DNA from: Candidatus Eiseniibacteriota bacterium
GTDB lineage: Bacteria > Eisenbacteria > RBG-16-71-46
Reading direction: 5' to 3'
NCBI GenBank assembly: GCA_035712145.1
Contig: DASTBI010000096.1
Coordinates: 16,513 to 80,512 of the forward strand
DNA length: 64,000 bases
A program made the translations under genes and the position numbers. Shown piece by piece: positions 1-9,334 of this stretch (position 1 is its first letter; each line of letters begins with the position of its first letter). Under the pieces are notes generated by a model. It saw only the letters and a list, made by a program, of their open reading frames with translations. It was not told the DNA's origin and ran no database searches.

Positions 1-120
1 ATTGGGCTCCACCTGGTCGATCGGGATCTCTCTGACGCCAACACGCGGCGCTTCCATCGTGCTTGCGCCACTCGAAGGAATGAGCGCTTCCAATCCCTTT
101 CCGAGCGCTTTTCTATGCAT
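1..120 (-). CDS. parB: Chromosome partitioning protein ParB, N-terminal fragment (runs off the window start)
   Basis: The reverse complement of 1..120 translates to [40 protein letters not shown], the conserved ParB N-terminal motif. It lies just downstream of parA on the same strand and overlaps the parA stop by 8 nt. Confidence 0.6.
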   Translation of the reverse strand, partial: MHRKALGKGLEALIPSSGASTMEAPRVGVREIPIDQVEPN

Positions 121-874
121 GCTCAATCACCTCCCGCGCCAATTCTCGATAGCTTTCGGCGCCTGAACTGTGTGGGTCGTAGAGAACGATCGGCTTCCCA
201 AACGAAGGCGCCTCGCTCAACCGGACGTTCCGGGGGATCATCGTCTTGTAGACCCTCTCCGCGAAAAACTTGCGTGCCTCGTCGGCGACCTGCGACGAGA
301 GGTTGAGACGTGCGTCGTACATCGTGAGCAGAACGCCCTCGATCCTGAGGCCAGGATTCAGGTGGTCCTGGACCAGACGGATGGCGGAGAGGAGCGACGT
401 CAGCCCCTCGAGCGCGAGGTATTCGCACTGAAGTGGGATCAACACGGAATCCGCCGCAGTGAGCGCATTGACGGTGAGGATTCCAAGCGAAGGCTGACAA
501 TCGAGGATGATGTAATCGTACTTCTCGCGCAGTGGGGCGAGAGCCGTCTTGAGGCGGCTTTCCCTCGCCATCATTCCGACGAGCTCGATCTCGGCGCCCG
601 ACAGGCGCTGGGCGGAGGGCAGAAGATCCAGGCTCGATAACGCGGTCGGCACCACGCAGTCGGTCGCCTCCGCCGTGCCGATCATCAGCTCGTAGATCGA
701 CCGTCCCTGGGAGTTGCCGTTGATCCCAAGCCCGCTGGTTCCGTTGGCCTGCGGGTCCAGATCGATCAGGAGAACGTGCCGGCTTTCCTGCGCCAGGCAC
801 GCGCTGAGATTGATCGCCGTCGTCGTCTTGCCTACGCCACCCTTCTGGCTGGCGATCGCGATAACTCGAGCCAT
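113..874 (-). CDS. parA: ParA/Soj chromosome partitioning ATPase
   Basis: [25 protein letters not shown] is the deviant Walker A motif, and DLDPQ is present. The start is taken at the internal Met of the 265-aa ORF. Confidence 0.9.
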   Translation of the reverse strand: MARVIAIASQKGGVGKTTTAINLSACLAQESRHVLLIDLDPQANGTSGLGINGNSQGRSIYELMIGTAEATDCVVPTALSSLDLLPSAQRLSGAEIELVGMMARESRLKTALAPLREKYDYIILDCQPSLGILTVNALTAADSVLIPLQCEYLALEGLTSLLSAIRLVQDHLNPGLRIEGVLLTMYDARLNLSSQVADEARKFFAERVYKTMIPRNVRLSEAPSFGKPIVLYDPHSSGAESYRELAREVIEHA

Positions 875-1013
875 TCCCTTGCTCGGGGGGGCGGACTTCC
901 TGCCCACCATGATGGAGAGGACTGAGGCTGCGGCTTGGGTCGCAACCTAGCAGGATGACTCGCGGCTTACAACCCCAAGAGTTTCACGTGGAACAGCGTC
1001 GGGCGAACTCATT

Positions 1014-1832
1014 TTATTCTTTGTTACGAAGAAACTTGAGGACCTCGACATTGGGGTCGGCAAGCGCTCGATTCTCGACAAACGTCCAATGCTGCTCCCA
1101 AGATCGGTCCTTTTCGATCTCGGACCGCCAACGGCTGCCCTTCCACAGGAACGCGGATCCACCCCCGATGAGCAGACTGGAAGCGTGATCAAGGGTTTCG
1201 GTCAAATTGCCAGCTGCTCTGGCGGTGAATCCGTCGAATCGTCCACCCTCCCGGGCAATCGATTCCAGGCGGGCGTTCAAGACCGCCATTTCCATCCCTA
1301 TCGTCATGGACTCGAGCGTCTTCCGAAGAAACAGGGTCTTGATCCTCCGACTTTCCACCAGCGTCCACCGCGCTCCGACTCCGACGATGGCCAAAGGAAT
1401 CGCTGGAAACCCCGCTCCAGAGCCAAAATCAACCCAGTCCCTCGATCCGCTCTCGTGGAGCCAATCCACGTGCTCGATGGATTCGACCAGATGTCGCTCC
1501 ACGATCCTGCCTTCGTCGTTCTTCGACATCAGGTTGGAAACGCTACGGTTCCAGGCGATGACGCGCGCGCAGAACTCGCGCAGCGACGGAAGGCATCGCC
1601 CGGCGTCGAGTTCCTTTCGGGTCAGCAGGTCCCGCACGCGGTTCCAGTCCTGACGGTCGAGCAGTCGCTGGATGGCGGCCGGCGACGCGTCACGCGGACG
1701 CTTGCGCGGGAACGACGGGCGGCGCGCCGTGGGCGCCGAGGGACGGGCGCCGGGCGCTCCGCTTCGTGATCGCTTCGCGCCGGAAGCCTTCCCGGAGCGA
1801 GGACCAAAGCGTTTCTTTCGCGGAGCGCGCAC
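1014..1832 (-). CDS. rsmG: 16S rRNA (guanine527-N7)-methyltransferase RsmG (GidB)
   Basis: The core VERHLVESI...DFGSGAGFPAIPLAIV...RWTLVESRRIKTLFLR aligns to RsmG and the gene has the usual position next to mnmG. The 45-aa Arg-rich N-terminal extension of the ORF may not be translated, so the start is uncertain. Confidence 0.8.
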   Translation of the reverse strand: MRAPRKKRFGPRSGKASGAKRSRSGAPGARPSAPTARRPSFPRKRPRDASPAAIQRLLDRQDWNRVRDLLTRKELDAGRCLPSLREFCARVIAWNRSVSNLMSKNDEGRIVERHLVESIEHVDWLHESGSRDWVDFGSGAGFPAIPLAIVGVGARWTLVESRRIKTLFLRKTLESMTIGMEMAVLNARLESIAREGGRFDGFTARAAGNLTETLDHASSLLIGGGSAFLWKGSRWRSEIEKDRSWEQHWTFVENRALADPNVEVLKFLRNKE

Positions 1833-1951
1833 CGCGGCACTCTAGCAGGAAGCTTCAAGCGTGCCCGGAGCGACAGGGTCTGCGGTGAAGGACCGTCCGC
1901 AGGCGGCCCTTCGAACACGATTGCAGCGAGGGCCGCGACGAGCGCGATCGA

Positions 1952-3691
1952 CTAGGGCACAGTAGCCATCGCTCGACGCACCAGCACCATCAGCACCGCG
2001 ACATCGGCCGGGGAGACGCCGGCGATCCGCCCGGCCTGCCCGATCGTCGCGGGGCGCCAGCGACGCAGCTTCTCGATGGCCTCGTGCGAGATCCCCGCGA
2101 GCGTGCCGTCCCAGAGCCGCTCGGGGATCTGCTTCTGCTCGAGCAACGCCGTGCGCTCGGCAAGCCGCGCCTGGCGCTCGATGTAACCGCGATAGCGCGC
2201 GCGGGTCTCGAGACATTCGCTCCATTCGCTCGGCATGTCGACCGACACGCTCACCGCACGCCTGCGACGCTCGGCGGCCTCGATCGCCGCGTACTTCGCG
2301 CGCACCTGGTCCACCTGCTCGCGATCGAGCAGCCCCAGCTCGAAGCCCAGTTCGGCCAGACGCTCGTCGGCGTTGTCGGTGCGCAGCAGCAACCGATGCT
2401 CCGCCGCGGACGTGAACATCCGGTAGGGCTCGCGGTGCTCGCGCGTCACCAGGTCGTCGATCAGGACTCCCATGTACGCCTGGTCGCGGCGCAGGACGAC
2501 GGGATCCTCGTGGCGCACCTGCCGCGCGGCGTTGATGCCCGCGACCCAGCCTTGCGCGGCGGCCTCTTCGTATCCCGACGTGCCGCAGATCTGTCCGGCG
2601 AGGAAGAGCCCGGGTGTCGATTTCACCTCGAGCGTCGGGCGGAGCTGATGCGGCAGCACGAAGTCGTACTCCACCGCGTAACCCGGCCGGATCATCTCCG
2701 CGGACTCGAGCCCGAGCATGGTGCGCACGAACTCGAGCTGCACCTCGGCCGGCATGCTCGACGAAACACCGTTGACGTAGATCTCGGGAACCTCGCGACC
2801 TTCCGGCTCCAGGAAGACGTGATGCGAGAGCCGCTCGGGAAACTTCACCACCTTGTCCTCGAGCGACGGGCAGTAGCGCGGACCCTGGCCTTTGATCTCA
2901 CCGGAATAGAGCGGGGAGCGGTGAAGGTTGCGCCGGATGACCTCGTGCGTGCGCTCGTTGGTGCGCGTGAGATGACAATTCACCTGCTCGACGTCCAGAG
3001 CGCAGGTCCAGTGAGAGAAGGGAACCGGTGGATCGTCACCCGCCTGAGGCTCCAGCGCGCTCCAGTCGATCGAGTCGCGATGAAGGCGTGGCGGCGTCCC
3101 GGTCTTCAGCCGGCCGCGCTCCAGACCGAGCTCGGCGAGGCACTCGCTCAGGGCCCGCGCCGCATGCTCGCCGATGCGACCGCCTTCGATCTTCTGTTCT
3201 CCGATGTGAATGAGTCCGTTGAGAAACGTGCCGGGAGTGATCACGGCCGACGCGCAGCCGAGCGTGCGCCCGTCGTCGAGCTCGATCGCCGCCACGCGAC
3301 CACGCTCGAGGCGCACGTGGTTCGCCACGCCCGCCACGCGATCGATCCCGGCCACGCGCATCAGCAGGTCCGCCATCTCGTCGCTGTAGGCGGCCTTGTC
3401 GCACTGGGCCCGGGGCGAGCGCACGGCCGGTCCCCGCCCGCGGTTCAGGATCTTGAACTGGATTCCAGCCCGGTCCGTCACCCGGCCCATCACGCCGCCG
3501 AGCGCGTCCAGCTCGCGCACCATGTGGCCTTTCGCGATTCCGCCCACGGCCGGGTTGCACGACATCTTCGCCGTGTCCTCGAGCTTCACGGTGACCAGCG
3601 CGGTCGAGAGCCCCAGCCGCGCGCACACGACCGCGGCCTCGCAGCCGGCGTGTCCCGCGCCGACCACCACGACGTCGTAATCGCGCGTCAC
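1952..3691 (-). CDS. mnmG: tRNA uridine 5-carboxymethylaminomethyl modification enzyme MnmG (GidA)
   Basis: DYDVVVVGAGHAGCEAA is the FAD-binding motif. The protein is about 580 aa from a likely GTG start at VTRDYD and abuts the mnmE stop. Confidence 0.9.
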   Translation of the reverse strand: MTRDYDVVVVGAGHAGCEAAVVCARLGLSTALVTVKLEDTAKMSCNPAVGGIAKGHMVRELDALGGVMGRVTDRAGIQFKILNRGRGPAVRSPRAQCDKAAYSDEMADLLMRVAGIDRVAGVANHVRLERGRVAAIELDDGRTLGCASAVITPGTFLNGLIHIGEQKIEGGRIGEHAARALSECLAELGLERGRLKTGTPPRLHRDSIDWSALEPQAGDDPPVPFSHWTCALDVEQVNCHLTRTNERTHEVIRRNLHRSPLYSGEIKGQGPRYCPSLEDKVVKFPERLSHHVFLEPEGREVPEIYVNGVSSSMPAEVQLEFVRTMLGLESAEMIRPGYAVEYDFVLPHQLRPTLEVKSTPGLFLAGQICGTSGYEEAAAQGWVAGINAARQVRHEDPVVLRRDQAYMGVLIDDLVTREHREPYRMFTSAAEHRLLLRTDNADERLAELGFELGLLDREQVDQVRAKYAAIEAAERRRRAVSVSVDMPSEWSECLETRARYRGYIERQARLAERTALLEQKQIPERLWDGTLAGISHEAIEKLRRWRPATIGQAGRIAGVSPADVAVLMVLVRRAMATVP

Positions 3692-3692
3692 G

Positions 3693-5090
3693 TCACTTTC
3701 CCACGCAGAAGCGGCTGAAGATCCGATCCAGCAGGTCTTCGCCGACGCCCTTGCCCGTGACTTCGCCGATCGCGGCCAGCGCTTCGTGGAGCTCGAGCGC
3801 GACGATCTCTCCCGGCTCTTCCGCGGCCGCGGCGGTCGCCGCGCGGCGCAACGACGCCTGAGCGCGCTCCAGCGCTTCGGCATGCCGTGGGTGCGTGACC
3901 GGAGCGTCGACCTCCGAAGCAGGAGCCCCGAGGCGTGAGGCCAGCGCGGAGCGAAGCTGCTCGAGTCCATCGCCTCGCGTCGCGGAGACCGGGACGATCG
4001 GCGACTCGTCCATGAGCAGCGCGGACATCTCGGCCACCGCCACTCGCGTCTCCTGGTCCGACTTGTTGAGCGCCGTGATCACCTTGCGGCCGCGGAGTCG
4101 CTCGGCCATCTGCCGGTCGGCCGCCTCGAGCGTCCGCGAGCCATCCACCACCCACATCACCACCTGGCCTTCGTCGAGCGCGCGCTCGGCGAGGCCCACG
4201 CCGATCGCCTCCACCGGGTCGCTGGTCTCGCGAAGGCCGGCGGTGTCGGACAGCGTCACGCGGACGCCCGCGAGCTCGATGGCCTCGCTGACCCGGTCGC
4301 GCGTGGTGCCGGGGACGGACGTGACGATCGCGCGTTCCTCGCCGAGCAGCGCGTTGAAGAGCGAGGACTTGCCGACGTTCGGCCGGCCCACCAGCGGCAC
4401 CCGGGCGCCTTCGCGGATCGCCCGTCCATAAGGCGCGCTCGAGAGCAACGCGGTCAGATCGCGATCGACCTCCGCGATGGCAAGGACGACGTGGCCCGGG
4501 ACCTCGATTCCGCCCACGTCTTCTGCGAAATCCACGCGCGCTTCCACTTCAGCCACCGCGTCGGCGAGTCGCTCGGCCAGCCGTTCGAGACGCTCGCGCA
4601 GATCGCCCGCGAGCTGCATCAACGCCAGATCGTGCGCGCGCTCGCTGGCGGCGTGAATGAGATCAGCGACCGCCTCGGCCTGCGTGAGGTCGATGCGGCC
4701 GTGAAGGAACGCGCGCAGCGTGAACTCGCCGGGCGCCGCCAGCCGCGCGCCCGCGGCGATCAGCGCGCCGAGGATGCGCCGCGCCGACCGGTCACCGCCA
4801 TGGCACGAGAGCTCCACCACGTCCTCGCGCGTGTACGAGCGCGGCGCGCGGAACAATGAGGCCACGACTTCATCCAGCCTTCGGGGCTTCGCGGGCGGTG
4901 GATCGTGCTCCGGCCATACCGCCCAGCCATGATGCAGCGTGTGCGTGGCCGCTCCCGACAGCCTGCCGCGCCCGCGGAAGACGCGGTCGGCGACCGCCAC
5001 AGCGCCGCGCCCGCTCACGCGCACCACGGCCAGCCCCGAAGCACCCGCGGCGGTCGCGATCGCGGCGATCGTATCGTCGGTGGAAAGCAT
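3693..5090 (-). CDS. mnmE: tRNA modification GTPase MnmE (TrmE)
   Basis: The N-terminus MLSTDDTIAAIATAAGASGLAVVRVSG is present, followed by a G-domain LVGRPNVGKSSLFNALLG and the C-terminal CVGK. The start is taken at M69 of the ORF. Confidence 0.9.
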   Translation of the reverse strand: MLSTDDTIAAIATAAGASGLAVVRVSGRGAVAVADRVFRGRGRLSGAATHTLHHGWAVWPEHDPPPAKPRRLDEVVASLFRAPRSYTREDVVELSCHGGDRSARRILGALIAAGARLAAPGEFTLRAFLHGRIDLTQAEAVADLIHAASERAHDLALMQLAGDLRERLERLAERLADAVAEVEARVDFAEDVGGIEVPGHVVLAIAEVDRDLTALLSSAPYGRAIREGARVPLVGRPNVGKSSLFNALLGEERAIVTSVPGTTRDRVSEAIELAGVRVTLSDTAGLRETSDPVEAIGVGLAERALDEGQVVMWVVDGSRTLEAADRQMAERLRGRKVITALNKSDQETRVAVAEMSALLMDESPIVPVSATRGDGLEQLRSALASRLGAPASEVDAPVTHPRHAEALERAQASLRRAATAAAAEEPGEIVALELHEALAAIGEVTGKGVGEDLLDRIFSRFCVGK

Positions 5091-5154
5091 GAGCCTCAAA
5101 CGAAGCGCCGGCCCCCGGAAGCGAGGCCGGCGCGTGCACCGCAACCCGCCGGGC

Positions 5155-6312
5155 CTATTCCTCCGGTTTCTGTCCTTCGCCGGGGCCCGCCGGTGAGATC
5201 GCGACTTTCTTGATGAGCCCGTCCCCGAGACCGAACGTCCTGACACGGGTGTCGTCACGCAGCGCCACGTGCACCACGCGCCGCTCCTGGGCATTGAGAT
5301 ACTCGGTGAGCTTCTCTGCGTCTTCCGCCACGGCCTCGTCGGCCAGCCGGCGCGCCATGTCGCGCAGCTCGTTCTCCCGCTGAGCCCAGAAGTCGTTGAT
5401 CTCGAGCTGTAAGTGATAGCGAGAAGTTCCGCCGCGATTCAGCATCCGGTTGAGCAGGTGCTGGATCGACTGGCGAACTTCGCCCTTCTCGCCGGTGATG
5501 AGCTCGCTGTCCTGGCCGATCTCCGCCTTCACTTCGACTGAATCGCCTTCCGCCTGGGCGGTGACCTGGGCCTCGAACCCCATGGCGCGGAATAGATCCT
5601 CGGCCAGACGCTTGCCCGTGGCCGCCAGCTCCTCGGCCGGCAGCATGGAGCCGTTGCCGGTGTTCGCACGGTTGCCGTCGCCCTGGCTCACCTCGACTCC
5701 CTGCGCATGCGGAGCGCGCGGGGCGCCCTCACGCGGACGGTCGTCGCCATTCCGGCGAGGGCGGCGTCTGCGCCGGCGTCCACCAGGACCGCCGGCGTCG
5801 TCGCGCCGCATTTCGTCGGCCGCCGCCGGCTCTTCGCGACGTCCGCCGCCTTGCGCGACCCGCTCGACCTGTGGCTCGCGAGAGCGCTCGCCTCCGCTAC
5901 GGCCGCCGCGCTCGGATCTTCCCCCGCGCTCGCTTCGGGCCCCGCTGCGGCCTTCGCGCTCACCACGAGGTCTGCGATCTCCGCGATCGCCGCCGCGCTC
6001 ACCGCGCTCCGAGCGCTCGCCGCGATCTCCACGCTCGCCACGGTCGCGACCGCCCCGCTCCGAGCTTCGACCCCCGCGACCACGATCCCGGTCGCCGCCA
6101 CCCCGCCGCTCCGGCCGCTCCACCAGCTCGCGGCGCGGGCGCGGCATCATGCGCACTCTGTAAGGGCGAGAGCCGATTCCGAGGAATCCGCTCGAGCCTT
6201 CCTCCATCACCTGAATCATCACCTCGGCACGCGAGAGTCCGAGGGCTTCGAGCCCTTTCCTCACCGCGTCATCGAGGGTCTTGCCTTCGAAGATGACCCC
6301 CTTCGATTCCAT
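5155..6312 (-). CDS. jag: Jag/KhpB R3H-domain RNA-binding protein with an expanded Arg/Gly/Asp/Glu-rich linker
   Basis: It has the Jag N-terminal domain (MESKGVIFEGKTLDDAVRKGLEALGL), then C-terminal KH and R3H domains (GQDSELITGEKGEVRQSIQHLLN ... RRVVHVAL). It holds the conserved position between mnmE and yidC. Confidence 0.75.
   Translation of the reverse strand: MESKGVIFEGKTLDDAVRKGLEALGLSRAEVMIQVMEEGSSGFLGIGSRPYRVRMMPRPRRELVERPERRGGGDRDRGRGGRSSERGGRDRGERGDRGERSERGERGGDRGDRRPRGEREGRSGARSERGGRSERGGRSGGERSREPQVERVAQGGGRREEPAAADEMRRDDAGGPGGRRRRRRPRRNGDDRPREGAPRAPHAQGVEVSQGDGNRANTGNGSMLPAEELAATGKRLAEDLFRAMGFEAQVTAQAEGDSVEVKAEIGQDSELITGEKGEVRQSIQHLLNRMLNRGGTSRYHLQLEINDFWAQRENELRDMARRLADEAVAEDAEKLTEYLNAQERRVVHVALRDDTRVRTFGLGDGLIKKVAISPAGPGEGQKPEE
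5860..6130. repeat. Imperfect GC-rich tandem repeat that encodes the (R/G/D/E)n low-complexity linker of Jag
   Basis: Reiterated cgcgctc..ccgcg units are visible in the DNA. The encoded protein is ERGGRDRGERGDRGERSERGERGGDRGDRR... Confidence 0.5.
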
Positions 6313-6452
6313 CGAAACCTCTTCCTCCAATCGTTGCGCACCCGGAAGCGACAATCGTAGGCGTGTCCGCGATGCGCGCTGGCGACCTGTGGTTCGGGCC
6401 CCATCCCGGCGGCTTCACGCCGGCCGCCGTGGCCCTGGCTTGGCGAACTAGC

Positions 6453-8216
6453 TTACTTCGAGCCGCCGCGAGCGGCCACCGGAGAGACCGCGGCTTCGGC
6501 CTTGTGACCTCCGTCCTCCCGCAGGGCGAGCCACTGCTGCAGGGCCGTGAGCAGGTTCATCACGGTCCAGTACAGCACCAGCCCCGAGGGCAGGTGGTAG
6601 AAGAACACCAGCATCAGCACGTTCATGAAGTACATCGATGCGGCCTGGCGTGGATCCGTGGGGGTCAGCTTCTGCTGGAGAAGACCCGAAAGCATCATCA
6701 GGATCGGCAGGACTCGGAAGCTCTCGACGTAGGGGATTCCCAGAGGGAAGAGGGAATCGGGCGCCGAGAGATCGTCGACCCAGGCGACGAACGGCGCCTG
6801 ACGCAGCTCGATGGCGTTGAACAGCACGGAATAGAGCGCGATGAACAGCGGCATCTGCACCAGCATCGGAAGGCAGCCGCCGGCGGGATTGATCTTGTGC
6901 TCCTTGTAGAGCGCCATCATGGCGGCGTTCATCGCCTGCGCATCGTTCTTGTACTTCTGCCGGATGCGCTCGACCTCGGGCTGCACCTTCTGCATCTCGC
7001 GCATGCTCTTCATGCTCATCATCGACAGCGGATGGAGCAGCACGCGCACCAGCGTGGCGAGCACGATGATGGCCAGCCCGTAGTTGTGGATCACGCCGTA
7101 GAGCCAGAGCAGCATCTGCAGCAGCAGCTTGCTGAAGGGACGGATCCAGGACCATCCGAGATCCACGAGGTTCTCGAGCCCGTGGCCGAGCTTTCCCAGA
7201 GGGAAGTACTCGTTGGGGCCGAAATAGACCAGGAAACGGTCGGGTGAATCGGACTCTCCCGGCACGCTGACGATCAGCGTGTTGGTGACCAGCTCCTGCA
7301 CGGGCTTGGCCTGCGGACCGAGCCGCGCCCGCTCTTCCGCGGTCAGGTTCCGTGACTCGAGACCCGCGGTGGTGCCGCGCGCGGTGCCGCGGGTGATGGC
7401 CACCACGCCGCCGAAATAACGCGTCTGGACGGCGGCCCAGGAGGCATTGCCTTCGAAGCTCTTCGGCCCTTTGCGAAGTCCGCCCGTGCCCTCGCGGTGA
7501 AGGTTGGAGCCTACCTGGCTCGTGGCGCGGAGCGAGCGCTCCTCTTCGGCCTGATTGTGCTCGTGCGCGAGAGGCCAGGAACGGGCGGTGAGCCTGTACT
7601 CCGTCAGGTTCGATCCGCGCATCGCGACCTCGAGGCCGATCGCGTAGGTGTTCGGCTCGAGGCGATAGGTCTGGCGGATCTCCGCGCCTGACGGATCACG
7701 TCCCGTGAAGGTGAGCACGCGGATCTGCCCCGCGGCGTCGAGGCTCTCCGAGACCTGGTACGTGATCTCCGGACCACGACCGGCCGCGCCGGTTTCGAGC
7801 CGAAGCGCGGGCTCGCCCCGCAGCTGGACGCGATCCTCGTCGGGAAGGACCTCCCCTTCCTTCAACCGCCGGTGCCGCGACTCTGCGGCCGCGCCGGCGG
7901 TCGCGTAGCGCTTGAGCTCCACGCCCAGGAGACGCGCGCCGCGGGTGGAGAACCACGCGCGGTAGAGATCGTTCTCCACCGTGACCACCTGCTCGGAACG
8001 CGCCGTGGCGGTGTCGGCCGGCGAGATCGCTGGAGCCGCTGCGGGAGCGGCGCTGGGCGCCGGCGTCGTGTCGGGAACGGCGACCAGGGTGGTGTCGGTC
8101 GATTGCCTGGGCGGCGGACCCAGGTACTGTCCGAGCCCGAAGAAGCGAAGGATGAAGGGGTAGCCCAGGAACAGCACCAGGCACAGGGCGACCAGAACGA
8201 TGGTCCTACGGTCCAA
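6453..8216 (-). CDS. yidC: Membrane protein insertase YidC
   Basis: It has an N-terminal TM segment, a large periplasmic domain and a C-terminal multi-TM core (WGLAIIVLATLVRVLLHPL...CLPMLVQMPLFIALY). It sits between jag and yidD. Confidence 0.9.
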   Translation of the reverse strand: MDRRTIVLVALCLVLFLGYPFILRFFGLGQYLGPPPRQSTDTTLVAVPDTTPAPSAAPAAAPAISPADTATARSEQVVTVENDLYRAWFSTRGARLLGVELKRYATAGAAAESRHRRLKEGEVLPDEDRVQLRGEPALRLETGAAGRGPEITYQVSESLDAAGQIRVLTFTGRDPSGAEIRQTYRLEPNTYAIGLEVAMRGSNLTEYRLTARSWPLAHEHNQAEEERSLRATSQVGSNLHREGTGGLRKGPKSFEGNASWAAVQTRYFGGVVAITRGTARGTTAGLESRNLTAEERARLGPQAKPVQELVTNTLIVSVPGESDSPDRFLVYFGPNEYFPLGKLGHGLENLVDLGWSWIRPFSKLLLQMLLWLYGVIHNYGLAIIVLATLVRVLLHPLSMMSMKSMREMQKVQPEVERIRQKYKNDAQAMNAAMMALYKEHKINPAGGCLPMLVQMPLFIALYSVLFNAIELRQAPFVAWVDDLSAPDSLFPLGIPYVESFRVLPILMMLSGLLQQKLTPTDPRQAASMYFMNVLMLVFFYHLPSGLVLYWTVMNLLTALQQWLALREDGGHKAEAAVSPVAARGGSK

Positions 8217-8228
8217 GCGCGTTCCTCT

Positions 8229-8441
8229 CTATGGAACCGGGTCCACGCCGTGCCCGCCGAGCGGATGACAGCGCAGCAGGCGGCGGGCGGCGAGCCACGA
8301 TCCGCGCGCCACTCCGTGGCGAACGATCGCCTCTTCGGCGTAATGGGAGCACGAGGGCCAATACCGGCAAACGGGGCCGAGCCACGCCGAGAGCGATCGG
8401 CGATAGAGACGGATGAGCCCGATCAGCAGCTGGCGGGTCAC
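8229..8441 (-). CDS. yidD: Membrane protein insertion efficiency factor YidD
   Basis: The 70-aa product [31 protein letters not shown] matches the YidD signature. Confidence 0.85.
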   Translation of the reverse strand: MTRQLLIGLIRLYRRSLSAWLGPVCRYWPSCSHYAEEAIVRHGVARGSWLAARRLLRCHPLGGHGVDPVP

Positions 8442-8821
8442 GAGGTGAGGCTCTCCGCGGTCATCGCCCCGGCCTCGACCAGCAGGCGCTCGATGTCCTC
8501 GACCAGGTCGGCGTGAGCCGCGCGCGGCAAGCTGCGGAAGGCGACGAACATCATGCGCACGCCGAATGGCGCCACGCGGGGCCAGCGCCGGCGCACGATC
8601 TCACGCATGCGCCGCCGCGCGCGGTTCCGTTCCACCGCGCCGCCCACGCCTTTCCGGCTGGCGACGAAGGCCACCTGGGTGGGTTCGCCGGGACGCGCTT
8701 CGAAGACCACGAGGCAGTGCCGGCCACGGGCCGGCCGGCCATGGGCCTTGAGCTGCGTGAACTCGGCCTTCGACCGCAGTCGGGACTCCGAAGGGATCCG
8801 TTCGGCGGACTTCGAGATCAT
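8438..8821 (-). CDS. rnpA: Ribonuclease P protein component RnpA
   Basis: [11 protein letters not shown]...[25 protein letters not shown] is the RnpA basic motif. It overlaps the yidD start by 4 nt. Confidence 0.85.
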   Translation of the reverse strand: MISKSAERIPSESRLRSKAEFTQLKAHGRPARGRHCLVVFEARPGEPTQVAFVASRKGVGGAVERNRARRRMREIVRRRWPRVAPFGVRMMFVAFRSLPRAAHADLVEDIERLLVEAGAMTAESLTS

Positions 8822-8944
8822 GTGGAGACCGGACCGCGCGAAGTCGGCTCGGCCGGCGGATACAGCCCAGACCATATCGGGTCTTGATCGAGTGGGCTCT
8901 GCAGGCGGCCAGCCCTCCGAGACGGAGAAGACCGCTCCGGAACC

Positions 8945-9088
8945 TCAGGGGGTGGAAACCGTCAGTCGCTTCCGGCCCTGCTTGCGGCGCGCCGCGAGCA
9001 CCTTGCGCCCGCCTTTGGTCTTCATGCGCGCGCGGAAGCCGTGCGTCTTCTTGCGATGGCGATTGCGCGGCCGGTACGTCCGTTTCAT
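8945..9088 (-). CDS. rpmH: 50S ribosomal protein L34
   Basis: I translated the reverse strand by hand to [47 protein letters not shown], which is canonical L34. It is absent from the ORF track because it is shorter than 60 aa. Confidence 0.85.
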   Translation of the reverse strand: MKRTYRPRNRHRKKTHGFRARMKTKGGRKVLAARRKQGRKRLTVSTP

Positions 9089-9334
9089 GGCGTTCTATGG
9101 CCTCTTCAGGAGCTGGGGGTGCCGGGCAGACGGCGCAGAGTACGGAACGGCACCCAGGCCGTCAAGCTCTGGATCGACAGTCGGTTCCGCTGGAAGCGCT
9201 CCGGCGGTTTTCCTCAACGTCGTAGAGCTCGCGGCCGATAACCCGGTGGAACTTCAGAGAATGCCCCGCCCGGGACGCGCGGGGAGAAGACCGCCGTTCC
9301 AGGCTCCGGCGGTCGTCATTGGCACGGAGCGGAC

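Noticed and set aside
2084-3718. 544-aa plus-strand ORF antisense to mnmG. Similar long shadow ORFs occur at 10852-12108, 12673-13950, 14915-16423, 17796-19148, 24079-25011, 26260-27291, 28006-29103, 29378-30499, 38141-39706, 39957-41165, 44006-45217, 48908-51289 and 60309-62597.
   Set aside because: These are Arg/Ala/Gly/Pro-rich translations with no motifs, each fully overlapping a gene with clear family signatures on the other strand. They are the expected open frames of ~70% GC DNA.
9089-9334. Possible oriC / DnaA-box cluster upstream of rpmH.
   Set aside because: It is GC-rich with no AT-rich unwinding element. The best TTATCCACA-like matches have 2 or more mismatches.
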